Below the pieces are notes generated by a model. That model did not search any database and had not been told where the DNA came from. It worked only from the letters and a program-made list of their open reading frames with translations. From an uncultured Actinomycetes bacterium (GTDB lineage Bacteria > Actinomycetota > Thermoleophilia > Solirubrobacterales > Solirubrobacteraceae): a DNA stretch of 64,000 bases. Shown here in pieces: positions 8,515 to 16,710 of this stretch (positions within the stretch are counted from its first letter, which is position 1; each line of letters opens with the position of its first letter). The DNA is taken from positions 564,373 through 628,372 of the forward strand of contig CAVZYU010000005.1 in assembly GCA_963779625.1 (NCBI GenBank), given 5' to 3'. The translations under genes and the position numbers were made by a program.

Positions 8515-9381
8515 CAGCGGCCCGAGCCGCGGCTGCAGCCCGTGGAGCTCGAAGGCGCGAAAGCGCGAGAAGCGGACGTGGCCGGGGCCGTGGAAATCGG
8601 CGGAGCCGGTCGTCAGCAGCCCGAGCTCGTCGGCGAGCGCGCACAGCAGCTGCGTCTGCGCGCCGTTGTGCGTGGCGTAGAACGCCTCGACGCCGTCGAG
8701 GCCGCAGCCGGCGAAGCGCGCGAGCGCGGCGCTGACGTCCTCGGGGCCGGCGAGGTCCCAGAACGGATGGGCCCAGACCGCGATGCCGCCGGCGTCGTGG
8801 ATCGCGTCGATCGCCTCGGCGACGGTCGGCGTGGTGCGGCGGCTGTAGGCCGGCGCGCCGGCGACGAGGTAGGCCTCGAGAAAGGCCGACGGCTCGTCGA
8901 GCCCTTCGCGCGCCAGGCGCTCGCGGTTGCCCGTGATCGCGGCGGCGGCGAGGTGCGGGCGCCCGATCGGGCAGCCCGCCGCGCGGCGGCGCTCGAGCTC
9001 GGTGCGGTCGGGCGCCAGGCCGAGCTCCACGAGCTTGGCGGCCATCCGCTCGATGCGCAGGGCGCGGTCCTCGCACCACGCGCGCAGGCGCTCGAGAAGC
9101 ACCGGATCCGTGTGGTCGACGCCGTAGCCGAGCACGTGGAAATCCTCGCCGAGGACGTCGGCGGTCGACAGCTCGACCGCGGGGACGACCCGGATCGCGT
9201 GCGCCTCCGCGGCGGCGAGGGCCTCGGCGACGCCGTCGACGGTGTCGTGGTCGGTGAGCGCGAGCAGCTCGACGCCCGCCGCGGCCGCGGCGGCGACCAC
9301 GTCGGCCGGCTCGAGCGAGCCGTCCGAGCAGGTCGAGTGCGACTGCAGGTCAAACGTGGGGGCGCCGGAAGGCGTGCTCAT
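8485..9381 (-). CDS. PHP-domain metal-dependent phosphoesterase (TrpH/YciV-like)
   Basis: FDLQSHSTCSDGS and LALTDHDTVDG motifs. I prefer the internal ATG at 9381 (MSTPSG...) to the track start at 9465, which would overlap the divergent glycerate kinase gene. Confidence 0.8.
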   Translation of the reverse strand: MSTPSGAPTFDLQSHSTCSDGSLEPADVVAAAAAAGVELLALTDHDTVDGVAEALAAAEAHAIRVVPAVELSTADVLGEDFHVLGYGVDHTDPVLLERLRAWCEDRALRIERMAAKLVELGLAPDRTELERRRAAGCPIGRPHLAAAAITGNRERLAREGLDEPSAFLEAYLVAGAPAYSRRTTPTVAEAIDAIHDAGGIAVWAHPFWDLAGPEDVSAALARFAGCGLDGVEAFYATHNGAQTQLLCALADELGLLTTGSADFHGPGHVRFSRFRAFELHGLQPRLGPLLAGEGAREA

Positions 9382-9424
9382 CAGGGGAGCTTCGCGCAAG
9401 TCGCCCGGCGATAGCGTGCGGTCC

Positions 9425-10399
9425 ATGCGCACGGCCCTCGTCGCGCCCGACGCCTTCAAGGGCACGTTTGACGCTGCGACGGTCGCCGGCGCGCTCGCCC
9501 GGGGCCTGGAAGCGGCCGGCTGGCGGGCCGATCGCTGCCCCGTCGCCGACGGCGGCGAGGGGACGATGAAGCTGCTCGTCGACGCGCTCGGCGGCCGGCT
9601 CGAGCCGCGGCGCGCGACAGATCCGCTCGGGCGCGCGGTCGCCTGTTCGCTCGGCTGGGTCCCGGACGGCGTCGCGATCGTCGAGGTCGCACAGGCGTCG
9701 GGGCTCGGGCTCGTCGCCCCCGGCGAGCGCGACCCCGTGGCCGCGTCGTCCTACGGCACCGGCGAGCTGATCGCCGCCGCGTCCGCCGCGGGCGCGCGCG
9801 AGATCCTCGTCGCCGCCGGCGGCAGCGCCACGACCGACGGCGGCCGCGGCGCGATCGAGGCGATCGCCGAGGCCGGAGGGCTCGGCGCGGCGCGGCTCGT
9901 GGTGCTCTGCGACGTCGACCTCGCCTTCGAGGACGCGCCGCGGGTCTTCGGGCCGCAGAAGGGCGCCGATGCGCCGACGGTGAAGCGCCTCGAGCAGCGC
10001 CTGGCCGCATTCGCGGGCGAGCTGCCCCGCGACCCGCGCGGGGTTCCGCGCAGCGGCGCCGCCGGCGGCCTCGCGGGCGGGCTGTGGGCGGCCCTCGGCG
10101 CCGAGCTGCGCCGCGGCGCACCGGCGGTGCTCGACGCGCTCGGCGTCGACGCGCGGATGCGCGCCGCGCAGCTCGTCGTCGCCGGGGAGGGCTGCGTCGA
10201 CGAGCAGAGCTTCCGCGGCAAGATCGTGGGCGAGCTCGTGCGCCGCGCGCGGGCCGCCGAGGTGCCGGTCCACGCCGTCGCGGGCTCCACGACGATCGGG
10301 CAGCAGGCCTGGGCGCGCGCGGGCCTGGAGCGCGTGTGGATCGCCTCGACGCTCGAGGAGATCGAGGCGGCGGGGCGGGCGCTCGGCGCGACCGCCTAG
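9425..10399 (+). CDS. Glycerate kinase
   Basis: MRTALVAPDAFKGTFDA...PVADGGEGT is the typical glycerate kinase N-terminus. ATG at 9425 is in frame with track ORF 9242..10399. Confidence 0.85.
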   Translation: MRTALVAPDAFKGTFDAATVAGALARGLEAAGWRADRCPVADGGEGTMKLLVDALGGRLEPRRATDPLGRAVACSLGWVPDGVAIVEVAQASGLGLVAPGERDPVAASSYGTGELIAAASAAGAREILVAAGGSATTDGGRGAIEAIAEAGGLGAARLVVLCDVDLAFEDAPRVFGPQKGADAPTVKRLEQRLAAFAGELPRDPRGVPRSGAAGGLAGGLWAALGAELRRGAPAVLDALGVDARMRAAQLVVAGEGCVDEQSFRGKIVGELVRRARAAEVPVHAVAGSTTIGQQAWARAGLERVWIASTLEEIEAAGRALGATA

Positions 10400-10884
10400 C
10401 GCTCCGGCCGCAGGTGCGCCACGGTCAGCCCGTGGCGCTCCGCCAGTCGCTGCGCGACGAGCGAGCGGTGGCAGGCCTCGGGGTCGGCCTCGACGCAGAA
10501 GAGCGCCGCGGCACCCTCCTGCGGCAGCTGCGCCACGAGGCCGTCGAGGTCGGCGCGGTCGAGGACCTCGCGCACGTAGCCCTCGACATAGCCGGGGTCC
10601 AGCAGATCGCGCGAGCGCTTGCCGACGCCGAGGCGGTCGTCGGCCGCGTACTGCAGCCGGCGCAGCTCGGTCGTGGGGGCGAGGTCGGCGCGGTGCAGGT
10701 AGCCGACCCCTGCGTCCGCGAGCGCGGTCTGCAGGCGCAGCGAGTTCGCCCACATGTAGCGGCTGCCGCGCACGCCGCGGCGCTGGCGGACGTCGACGAT
10801 CAGCCGCACGCCGGCGCCGCGTAGCGCGGCGAGCCAGCTGCCCAGGTCCCACTCGTAGACACCGATCGTCAGCACGCGCGTCAT
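10396..10884 (-). CDS. DUF488 family protein
   Basis: The last 162 codons of track ORF 10396..11811 read MTRVLTIGVYEW...LIVDVRQRRGVRGSRYMWANSLRLQTALADAGVGYLH. The ATG lies 2 nt after the ZIP gene stop. Confidence 0.75.
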   Translation of the reverse strand: MTRVLTIGVYEWDLGSWLAALRGAGVRLIVDVRQRRGVRGSRYMWANSLRLQTALADAGVGYLHRADLAPTTELRRLQYAADDRLGVGKRSRDLLDPGYVEGYVREVLDRADLDGLVAQLPQEGAAALFCVEADPEACHRSLVAQRLAERHGLTVAHLRPER

Positions 10885-10886
10885 CG

Positions 10887-11582
10887 TCAGGAGACCGACG
10901 ACAACGCGGCGGCGACCGCGAAGCCGAGCGTCGTGACGAGGCCGGCGGCCCGTCCGGCGTCCCTGCGCGCAGTGGGGATCATGGAGTCGGTCAGCATGAC
11001 GATCAGCGCGCCCGCGGCGAAGCCGTCGATTGCCGCGCGCAGGTCGTCGGAGGCCGAGGAGGCGATCGCCCAGCCGATGCTCGTCGCCACCGTGCAGACG
11101 ACCGCGACGCCCGTCCAGAGCCGCAGGACGGCGGCGCGGCTCGTCCCGCCCCGGAGCATCTCCGAGGCCGAGCCGGTCGCCTCCGGGAGGTTGGAGATGA
11201 AGATCGCGACCAGCAGCCCGAGCCCGACGCCCTCGCCGCTCGCGATGCCGATGCCGAGCACGAGCTGCTCGGGGATGCCGTCGAGGAACGCGCCGAGGGC
11301 CAGGGCGGTGCCGGCGCCGCTGGAGGGGCGGCGCTCGATCACCCCGTCGAGCAGGTAATAGGTCGCCGCGCCGGCGGCGAGCCCGGCGGCCGTCCAGCCG
11401 AGGCCGCCGAGGCGCAGGCCCTCGTCGGCGAGCTCGAATGTCACGGCGCTGATGAGCGCGCCGGCGCCGAACGCGAGCACCATGCCGATCTGGCGCGGCG
11501 ACCAGCGGTGCGCGAACGCCACGAGCGCGCCGATCACGAGTGATGCGGCCGCCAGCGCGCCGATCCCGATCGCCTCGAGCAC
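10887..11582 (-). CDS. ZIP family divalent-metal transporter
   Basis: Multi-TM protein with FLDGIPEQLVLGIGIA and FISNLPEATGSA motifs, as in ZupT-like transporters. Confidence 0.85.
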   Translation of the reverse strand: MLEAIGIGALAAASLVIGALVAFAHRWSPRQIGMVLAFGAGALISAVTFELADEGLRLGGLGWTAAGLAAGAATYYLLDGVIERRPSSGAGTALALGAFLDGIPEQLVLGIGIASGEGVGLGLLVAIFISNLPEATGSASEMLRGGTSRAAVLRLWTGVAVVCTVATSIGWAIASSASDDLRAAIDGFAAGALIVMLTDSMIPTARRDAGRAAGLVTTLGFAVAAALSSVS

Positions 11583-11644
11583 GCCGCCGGTGTGCCCGCC
11601 CAGGCGGCGTCGCAGTCCGAAGTCGCCTCCCTACGATTGGAGGC

Positions 11645-12019
11645 GTGAGCATCGACGAGCGCATCGACGTCATCGCGCGCCATCCGTTTCGCGCGAAGTT
11701 CCGCCTGCGCGGGCGCGAGCGCGCGCTCGTGCAGTTGCGCGGCATGAGCGCGGTCCGCCAGCACGCCGAGGACCTCTTCGCCGCGCGCGTCGCCCCGGCG
11801 CAGCCGCGCAACGACGGCCGGCAGACGCCCTACCGCGGGCACCCCGTCTTCGTCGCCCAGCACGCGACCGCGACGTGCTGCCGGACCTGCCTGGAGCGCT
11901 GGCACGAGATCCCCAAGGGCCGCGACCTCGATCCGGCCGAGCGGGCTTATGCGGTCGACGTCATCTGCCGATGGATCGAGCGGGAGACCACTAGCATTGC
12001 CCCCCGCAAGCCGACGTAG
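11645..12019 (+). CDS. DUF4186 family protein
   Basis: RHPFRAKFRLRGRE...NDGRQTPYRGHPVFVAQHATATCCRTCLERWH is the DUF4186 signature. The GTG start at 11645 is uncertain: GGAGG ends 1 nt before it. Confidence 0.75.
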   Translation: MSIDERIDVIARHPFRAKFRLRGRERALVQLRGMSAVRQHAEDLFAARVAPAQPRNDGRQTPYRGHPVFVAQHATATCCRTCLERWHEIPKGRDLDPAERAYAVDVICRWIERETTSIAPRKPT

Positions 12020-12082
12020 CTCAGCTGGTAGAGCACTTCACTCGTAATGAAGGGGTCAGCGGTTCGAATCCGCTCGTCGGCT
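12010..12082 (+). tRNA. tRNA-Thr (anticodon CGT)
   Basis: Hand-folded cloverleaf. Acceptor GCCGACG/CGTCGGC, D arm GCTC-AGCTGGTA-GAGC, anticodon arm CTTCA-CTCGTAA-TGAAG, variable loop GGGTC, T arm AGCGG-TTCGAAT-CCGCT, discriminator T. No encoded CCA. Confidence 0.92.
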
Positions 12083-12102
12083 CTCGCCGGGACGTCCCGC
12101 AG

Positions 12103-12528
12103 CTAGGGGGCCAGCCGCTCGAGCACGCGCAGCAGGGCCGCGAGGTCGCCGGCGGGAACGGCACGCAGCGCCGCCGGCGGCTCGTCGAGGATCGCGTCGG
12201 CGCGCGCGGCGGCGTCGCGGCCGGCGGCGGTCAGCGCCACGAGCTTCGAACGCCGGTCCTCGGGGTGCGGCGTGCGCTGCACGAGCCCGTGCTGCTCGAG
12301 GTCATCGACGATCAGCGTGACGTAGGGCGGATCGGCCAGCAGCGTCTCGGCGAGCGCGCGCAGGGTCCGCGGCTCGTCGGCCAGCTGGCGCAGCGCGCGC
12401 ACGCGCGCGAAGCTCAGGCCGAGCGCCTCGGACGCTGCGACCTTGCGATCGTGGCTGAGCACGATGTCCGACATCGCGCGCCAGGCCCGCCGCGCGAGGT
12501 CGGCGTCCGCGTCCGCGCCCCCCATCAT
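12103..12528 (-). CDS. MarR family transcriptional regulator
   Basis: The last 141 codons of track ORF 12103..13806 carry a winged-helix segment, LRALAETLLADPPYVTLIVDDLEQHGLVQRTPHPEDRRSKLVALTAAG. The ATG overlaps the MFS TGA stop (ATGA). Confidence 0.85.
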   Translation of the reverse strand: MMGGADADADLARRAWRAMSDIVLSHDRKVAASEALGLSFARVRALRQLADEPRTLRALAETLLADPPYVTLIVDDLEQHGLVQRTPHPEDRRSKLVALTAAGRDAAARADAILDEPPAALRAVPAGDLAALLRVLERLAP

Positions 12529-13985
12529 GCCGGCTGCGGCGCGTCGTCCAGCCGTGCCGCGGTGCGCTCGGCGCTGGCCCGCGCCGCCGCGGTGCTGGCA
12601 GCCAGGCCCAGCGCCGCGATCCCGGCCCCCATGGCGGCGATCAGCCACCAGGCCGGGTGGCTGGCCGTCGCAAGATGGTCGTGCAGGGAGCCGTCCACCC
12701 TCGCGGTGGCCAGCGCGCCCAGCACCGCGACACCGAGCGTCAGGCCGATCTGGCGGCCTGTCGTCGCCACCGCCGCGGCCACACCCGCCTGGCTCGGCGG
12801 CATGCCCGACACGGCGGTGTTCGTGATCGGCGGGTTCACGGCGCCGAACCCTAGTCCGAACACGCAGTACGCAGACAGCAGCCACGCCAGCGAGGTGTCG
12901 GGGCTCAGGGACACGAGCATCAGGCCGCCGACGCCCAGCCCGAGGCCGCCGACGACGAGCGGGCCGCGAACCCCGCGCGCGCCGACCACGCGGCCGGCGA
13001 TCGGGCTGCACAGCACGGTCATCGCCGCGATCGGCAGCGTGCAGAGGCCGGCGCTCGCCGGCGAGAGGCCGCGCACGTCCTGGAGGTAGAGCGTGTTGAG
13101 AAACAGGAAGCCGCCGAACGCGGTGAACGCCGCGACGGCGATGACCGTCGCGGCGGCGAACGGCCGGCTGAGGAAGAAGCGCAGCTCGACGAGCGGGTCG
13201 AACCGGCGCAGCTCGTGGCCTACGAGCGTCACGAGCGCGACGCCTGCCGTGATCGCGAGCGCCATGATCCACGGCGAGCCCCATCCCAGGCCCGGGCCCT
13301 CGATGATCGCCGAGGTCAGGCTCGCCAGCATGACGATGACCAGCGCCTGGCCGATCGGGTCGGGACGGCGCGGGCGCGGCGCGCGGGACTCCGGCACGAA
13401 GCGCGCCGTGAGCGCGATCGCCGCCAGGCCGATCGGGATGTTCACGAGGAACACGGCGCGCCAGCTCAGCTCGGCGAGCACGCCGCCGAGGACGGGTCCC
13501 AGAGCCATGCTGATGCCCACGACGGCGCCCCAGATCCCGATCGCCTGCGCCCGCTCGCGCGGGTCCTCGAAGGTGTTGCGGATGATCGACATCGCGACCG
13601 GGTTGAGCATCGCGCCGGCGGCGCCCTGAAGGACGCGGAAGGCGATGAGCCAGCCGACCCCCGGCGCGAGGCTGCAGGCCAGGGACGCCGCCGTGAACAG
13701 CGCGAGGCCGAACTTGAACACGCGGGCGCGGCCGAGGCGGTCCGCAGTCGACCCGCCGAGCATGAGCAGGCTCGCCAGCGCGACGGTGTAGGCGGCGGTC
13801 GTCCACTGCAGCGCGGCCACCGACGCATCGAAGTCGCTGCGGATGGACGGCAGCGCGACGTTGACGATCGTCACGTCCATCCCCACGATCAGCAGGCTCA
13901 TGCAGCAGATCGCGAGCACGAGCCGCGGCCGCGGAGGCGTCACCGCCTCCCGTTCGGCCGACGTCACGTGGGTAGTGATAGGCAT
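12525..13985 (-). CDS. MFS transporter, DHA2 (EmrB/QacA-like, 14-TMS) drug-efflux type
   Basis: MDVTIVNVALPSI, GGSTADRLGRARVF and LQGAAGAMLNPVAMSII motifs. Length 486 aa. Confidence 0.88.
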   Translation of the reverse strand: MPITTHVTSAEREAVTPPRPRLVLAICCMSLLIVGMDVTIVNVALPSIRSDFDASVAALQWTTAAYTVALASLLMLGGSTADRLGRARVFKFGLALFTAASLACSLAPGVGWLIAFRVLQGAAGAMLNPVAMSIIRNTFEDPRERAQAIGIWGAVVGISMALGPVLGGVLAELSWRAVFLVNIPIGLAAIALTARFVPESRAPRPRRPDPIGQALVIVMLASLTSAIIEGPGLGWGSPWIMALAITAGVALVTLVGHELRRFDPLVELRFFLSRPFAAATVIAVAAFTAFGGFLFLNTLYLQDVRGLSPASAGLCTLPIAAMTVLCSPIAGRVVGARGVRGPLVVGGLGLGVGGLMLVSLSPDTSLAWLLSAYCVFGLGFGAVNPPITNTAVSGMPPSQAGVAAAVATTGRQIGLTLGVAVLGALATARVDGSLHDHLATASHPAWWLIAAMGAGIAALGLAASTAAARASAERTAARLDDAPQPA

Positions 13986-13997
13986 ATAATGATTATA
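13985..13997. promoter_or_regulatory. AT-rich perfect palindrome TATAATGATTATA at the MFS start codon; candidate bidirectional -10 region and MarR operator
   Basis: The sequence ggCATATAATGATTATAccactataac stands out in otherwise GC-rich DNA. On the minus strand, TATAAT ends 6 nt before the MFS ATG. Confidence 0.5.
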
Positions 13998-14099
13998 CCA
14001 CTATAACGGTGCCGCGCGGGGCGTGTCGCAGCCGACGGCGGGGTGCGAGTGGCCGCTCCCGATGTGTACGCTGCCGCTCCGGCGCCCGGCGCCCGGCCT

Positions 14100-14357
14100 A
14101 TGACCGACGACATCCGCGAGATCCTGCTCGACCTCCCGCTCGTCCTCGCCGAGGACACGCCCCCCGGCATGCTCGTGCTCAACCGCGCCGGCGTCCCCGA
14201 GGAGCGCCGCGACGAGGCCGACGCGTTCGTCGTCGCCAACGGCGGGCAGATCGGACACAAGCCGCTCTTCGAGGTCATCGGCGGTAAGACGCCCGCCAGC
14301 GTGCCCGGCGACGCGGCGTTCTACGCCCTGCCGCCGGCTGCGCTCATCGCGAAGTAG
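14100..14357 (+). CDS. Hypothetical protein (85 aa)
   Basis: Internal ATG of track ORF 14043..14357. Composition looks coding but I recognise no family. Confidence 0.45.
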   Translation: MTDDIREILLDLPLVLAEDTPPGMLVLNRAGVPEERRDEADAFVVANGGQIGHKPLFEVIGGKTPASVPGDAAFYALPPAALIAK

Positions 14358-14464
14358 CCGGCACGCGGCCGCGCACTCAGCGGATTCTCAGCCGAACCCG
14401 AACGTTCTCCCAGCGGGACCCTCGATCTTGTGACCATCAACGGATCACAAGGAGAAGCCCAAGG

Positions 14465-15088
14465 ATGCTCCCAATCAGCAGGAAGTCCGTCGTCGCGCTC
14501 GCAGCGATCGGCGCGTTCGCCGCGGGTGGCGTGTCGCTTGCCGGCGCCGCCACGAAGTCGCGCTCCTCATCGACCACCACGTCGACGACCGAGCAGCGCC
14601 CCGCACAGGATCAGCTCACGGGCGACGCCGCCGACAAGGTGACCGCCGCCGCCAAGGCGAAGGTCCCCGGCGGCACCGTGCTGCGCGTGGAGGCGGGCGG
14701 CCCGAGTGGCTCGCCCTACCACGCGCATGTGCGCAAGGCCGACGGCACGGAGATCGTCGTGCTCGTGGACGCGAACTTCGAGGCGACGTCCGTGCAGACG
14801 CGCCCGGCCGGCGGCCGGGGTGGCCGCCACGGTCACGCCGGCCCTGGGGGGCGCGGAGGTCGTGGCGACCACAAGGCCGAGACCGCGCTGACCGGCGAGA
14901 CCGCCGACAAGGTGACGGCCGCCGCCAAGGCGAAGGTCCCCGGCGGCACCGTCCTGCGCGTCGAGAACGACTCCGACAGCACCTCGCCCTACGAGGCGCA
15001 CGTCCGCAAGGCGGACGGCACCGAGGTCGTCGTGCTCGTCAACTCGAGCTTCGAGGCGACGTCCGTGCAGGAGCACCGGCACCCCTAG
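14465..15088 (+). CDS. Secreted protein with two PepSY-like domains joined by a Gly/Arg/His-rich linker
   Basis: Signal peptide. The module LTGDAADKVTAAAKAKVPGGTVLRVE...SPY.AHVRKADGTE.VVLV...FEATSVQ occurs twice. AAGGAG sits upstream of the ATG. Confidence 0.8.
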   Translation: MLPISRKSVVALAAIGAFAAGGVSLAGAATKSRSSSTTTSTTEQRPAQDQLTGDAADKVTAAAKAKVPGGTVLRVEAGGPSGSPYHAHVRKADGTEIVVLVDANFEATSVQTRPAGGRGGRHGHAGPGGRGGRGDHKAETALTGETADKVTAAAKAKVPGGTVLRVENDSDSTSPYEAHVRKADGTEVVVLVNSSFEATSVQEHRHP

Positions 15089-15163
15089 CCCGCGCCCCGG
15101 AGCCCGGCCGCCCCGGCCGGGCTCCCTTGGCGCCAGTCGACCGGTGACCTACATTGCAGGGCG

Positions 15164-15442
15164 GTGGCTGCCTGCTCGCACCTTGACTCGATCGAGTTCG
15201 TCGAGCCTCCGGGCTCCGTCGCCGGCTGCGAGGAGTGCCTGAAGATCGGGGCGCGCTGGGTGCACCTGCGGATGTGCCAGAGCTGCGGCAAGATCGGCTG
15301 CTGTGACAGCTCGCCCAACCGTCACGCGACGGCGCATCACGGCGAGACCGGGCACCCCATCGTCCGCTCGGTCGAGCCCGGCGAGGACTGGAGCTGGTGC
15401 TATCCGGACGAGCTGATGTTCCGGATCCGCGCCGGCGCATGA
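15164..15442 (+). CDS. UBP-type zinc-finger (zf-UBP) domain protein
   Basis: CSHL...CEECL...WVHLRMCQSCGKIGCCDSSPNRHATAHH..TGHP has a Cys/His spacing typical of bacterial zf-UBP proteins. Confidence 0.8.
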   Translation: MAACSHLDSIEFVEPPGSVAGCEECLKIGARWVHLRMCQSCGKIGCCDSSPNRHATAHHGETGHPIVRSVEPGEDWSWCYPDELMFRIRAGA

Positions 15443-16710
15443 GCCCCGTCCGGCCGGCGGTCACCGTCGTCGGTCACCGGATGGACAGCGAGTCCCACCG
15501 CCTGCGCGACTTCCTCACGCGCATCGCCCAGCCCTATGAATGGCTCGAGGCCGGCAGCGACGCCGGCGCGGCCATCCTCGCCGCGCACGGCGCGAGCGAC
15601 CACGACCTGCCGCTCGTCGACGACGGCGAGCACGTGGTGCGCAACGCGACGCTGGAGCGGCTCGCCGACACCTGGGGAAACTCCAGGCACCCGCCGAAGT
15701 CCGACTACGACCTCGTGATCGTGGGCGCCGGACCCGCGGGACTCGCGGCCGCCGTCTACGCCGCCTCCGACGGCCTGGCCACGGTCGTGCTCGAGCGCGA
15801 CGTCCCGGGCGGCCAGGCCTCGCACACGTCGAGGATCGAGAACTTCTTCGGCTTCCCCGACGGGATCGGCGGGGCCGAGCTCGCACGGCTCGCCGGGCGC
15901 CAGGCCGAGAGCTTCGGCGCGCACCTCGCGCTGCTGCTCCCGGTCGTCGGCAGCTCGCGGACCGCGGACGGGCGCTTCGAGATCGAGCTCACCGGCGGGC
16001 ATGTCGTGCGGGCGCCCGTCCTCATCGCGGCGCCGGGAATGGTGTGGCGCACGCTCGAGGCCGAGGGCTTCGAGGAGCTGCTCGGCCGCGGCGCGTACTA
16101 CGGCGCGGGGCGCAGCGAGGCCGTGCAGTGCAGCGGCGACCCGGTCGTCGTCGTGGGCGCCGGCAACTCCGCGGGCCAGGCCGTGATGGACCTCGCCAAC
16201 AACAACGCGCGGGTCACGATGGCCGTCCGCGGCGACGATCTGGGCAGGTCGATGTCGCGCTACCTCGTCGACCGCATCGCGATCCATCCGAACGTCGAGG
16301 TCCGCCTGAGGACCGAGGTCGCCGCGCTCGAGACCGACGCCGCGGGCGCGCTCGCAATGGCGGTGCTGCGCGCCCGCGATGGCGGCGCGACGGAGGCGAT
16401 CGCGGCGCGCGCGGTGTTCGCCTGCATCGGCGGCACGCCGCGCACGGGCTGGGCCGACGACGTCGGCGTGCGTCACGACCGCGCCGGCTACCTCCTCACC
16501 GGGCCCGACCTGCTCGACCACGGCGAGCGCCCGGCCGGCTGGCCGCTGAACCGCGACCCGCTCGCGCTCGAGACGAGCGTTCCCGGCCTGTTCGCGGCCG
16601 GCGACGCGCGCCACGGGTCGACGAAGCGCGTCGCGGGCGCGGTCGGGGATGGCGCGATGGCGACGGCGCTCGCGCACCGGCGCCTGGCCGAGCTGCTCGA
16701 CGGCGCCTGA
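15439..16710 (+). CDS. FAD-dependent pyridine-nucleotide oxidoreductase, thioredoxin-reductase-like, with N-terminal thioredoxin-fold-like extension; no CxxC
   Basis: Motifs: DLVIVGAGPAGLAAAVYAASDG (FAD), VVVVGAGNSAGQAV (NAD(P)H), GLFAAGDARHGSTKRV. The ATG overlaps the zf-UBP TGA stop (ATGA). Confidence 0.85.
   Translation: MSPVRPAVTVVGHRMDSESHRLRDFLTRIAQPYEWLEAGSDAGAAILAAHGASDHDLPLVDDGEHVVRNATLERLADTWGNSRHPPKSDYDLVIVGAGPAGLAAAVYAASDGLATVVLERDVPGGQASHTSRIENFFGFPDGIGGAELARLAGRQAESFGAHLALLLPVVGSSRTADGRFEIELTGGHVVRAPVLIAAPGMVWRTLEAEGFEELLGRGAYYGAGRSEAVQCSGDPVVVVGAGNSAGQAVMDLANNNARVTMAVRGDDLGRSMSRYLVDRIAIHPNVEVRLRTEVAALETDAAGALAMAVLRARDGGATEAIAARAVFACIGGTPRTGWADDVGVRHDRAGYLLTGPDLLDHGERPAGWPLNRDPLALETSVPGLFAAGDARHGSTKRVAGAVGDGAMATALAHRRLAELLDGA

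Noticed and set aside
9350-10852. 500-aa minus-strand ORF
   Set aside because: It is antisense to glycerate kinase and out of frame with DUF488, and its composition is Arg/Pro/Ala-rich.
10885-11811. 5' two-thirds of track ORF 10396..11811
   Set aside because: Only the last 162 codons (DUF488) look real. The upstream part is an alternate frame of the ZIP transporter gene, which is read in the frame of ORF 10887..11582.
12529-13806. 5' part of track ORF 12103..13806
   Set aside because: It is an alternate frame over the MFS transporter gene. The MarR protein begins at the ATG at 12528, which overlaps the MFS stop.
12010-14010. Genomic island integrated at tRNA-Thr
   Set aside because: No integrase, no duplicated tRNA 3' segment, and no compositional break that I can see. 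The neighbouring MarR-MFS pair is ordinary.
14043-14099. Longer start (14043) for the small ORF downstream of the AT-rich palindrome
   Set aside because: The first 19 codons (MRVAAPDVYAAAPAPGARP) look like non-coding GC-rich read-in. ATG at 14100 is preferred, although even the shorter ORF is only weakly supported.
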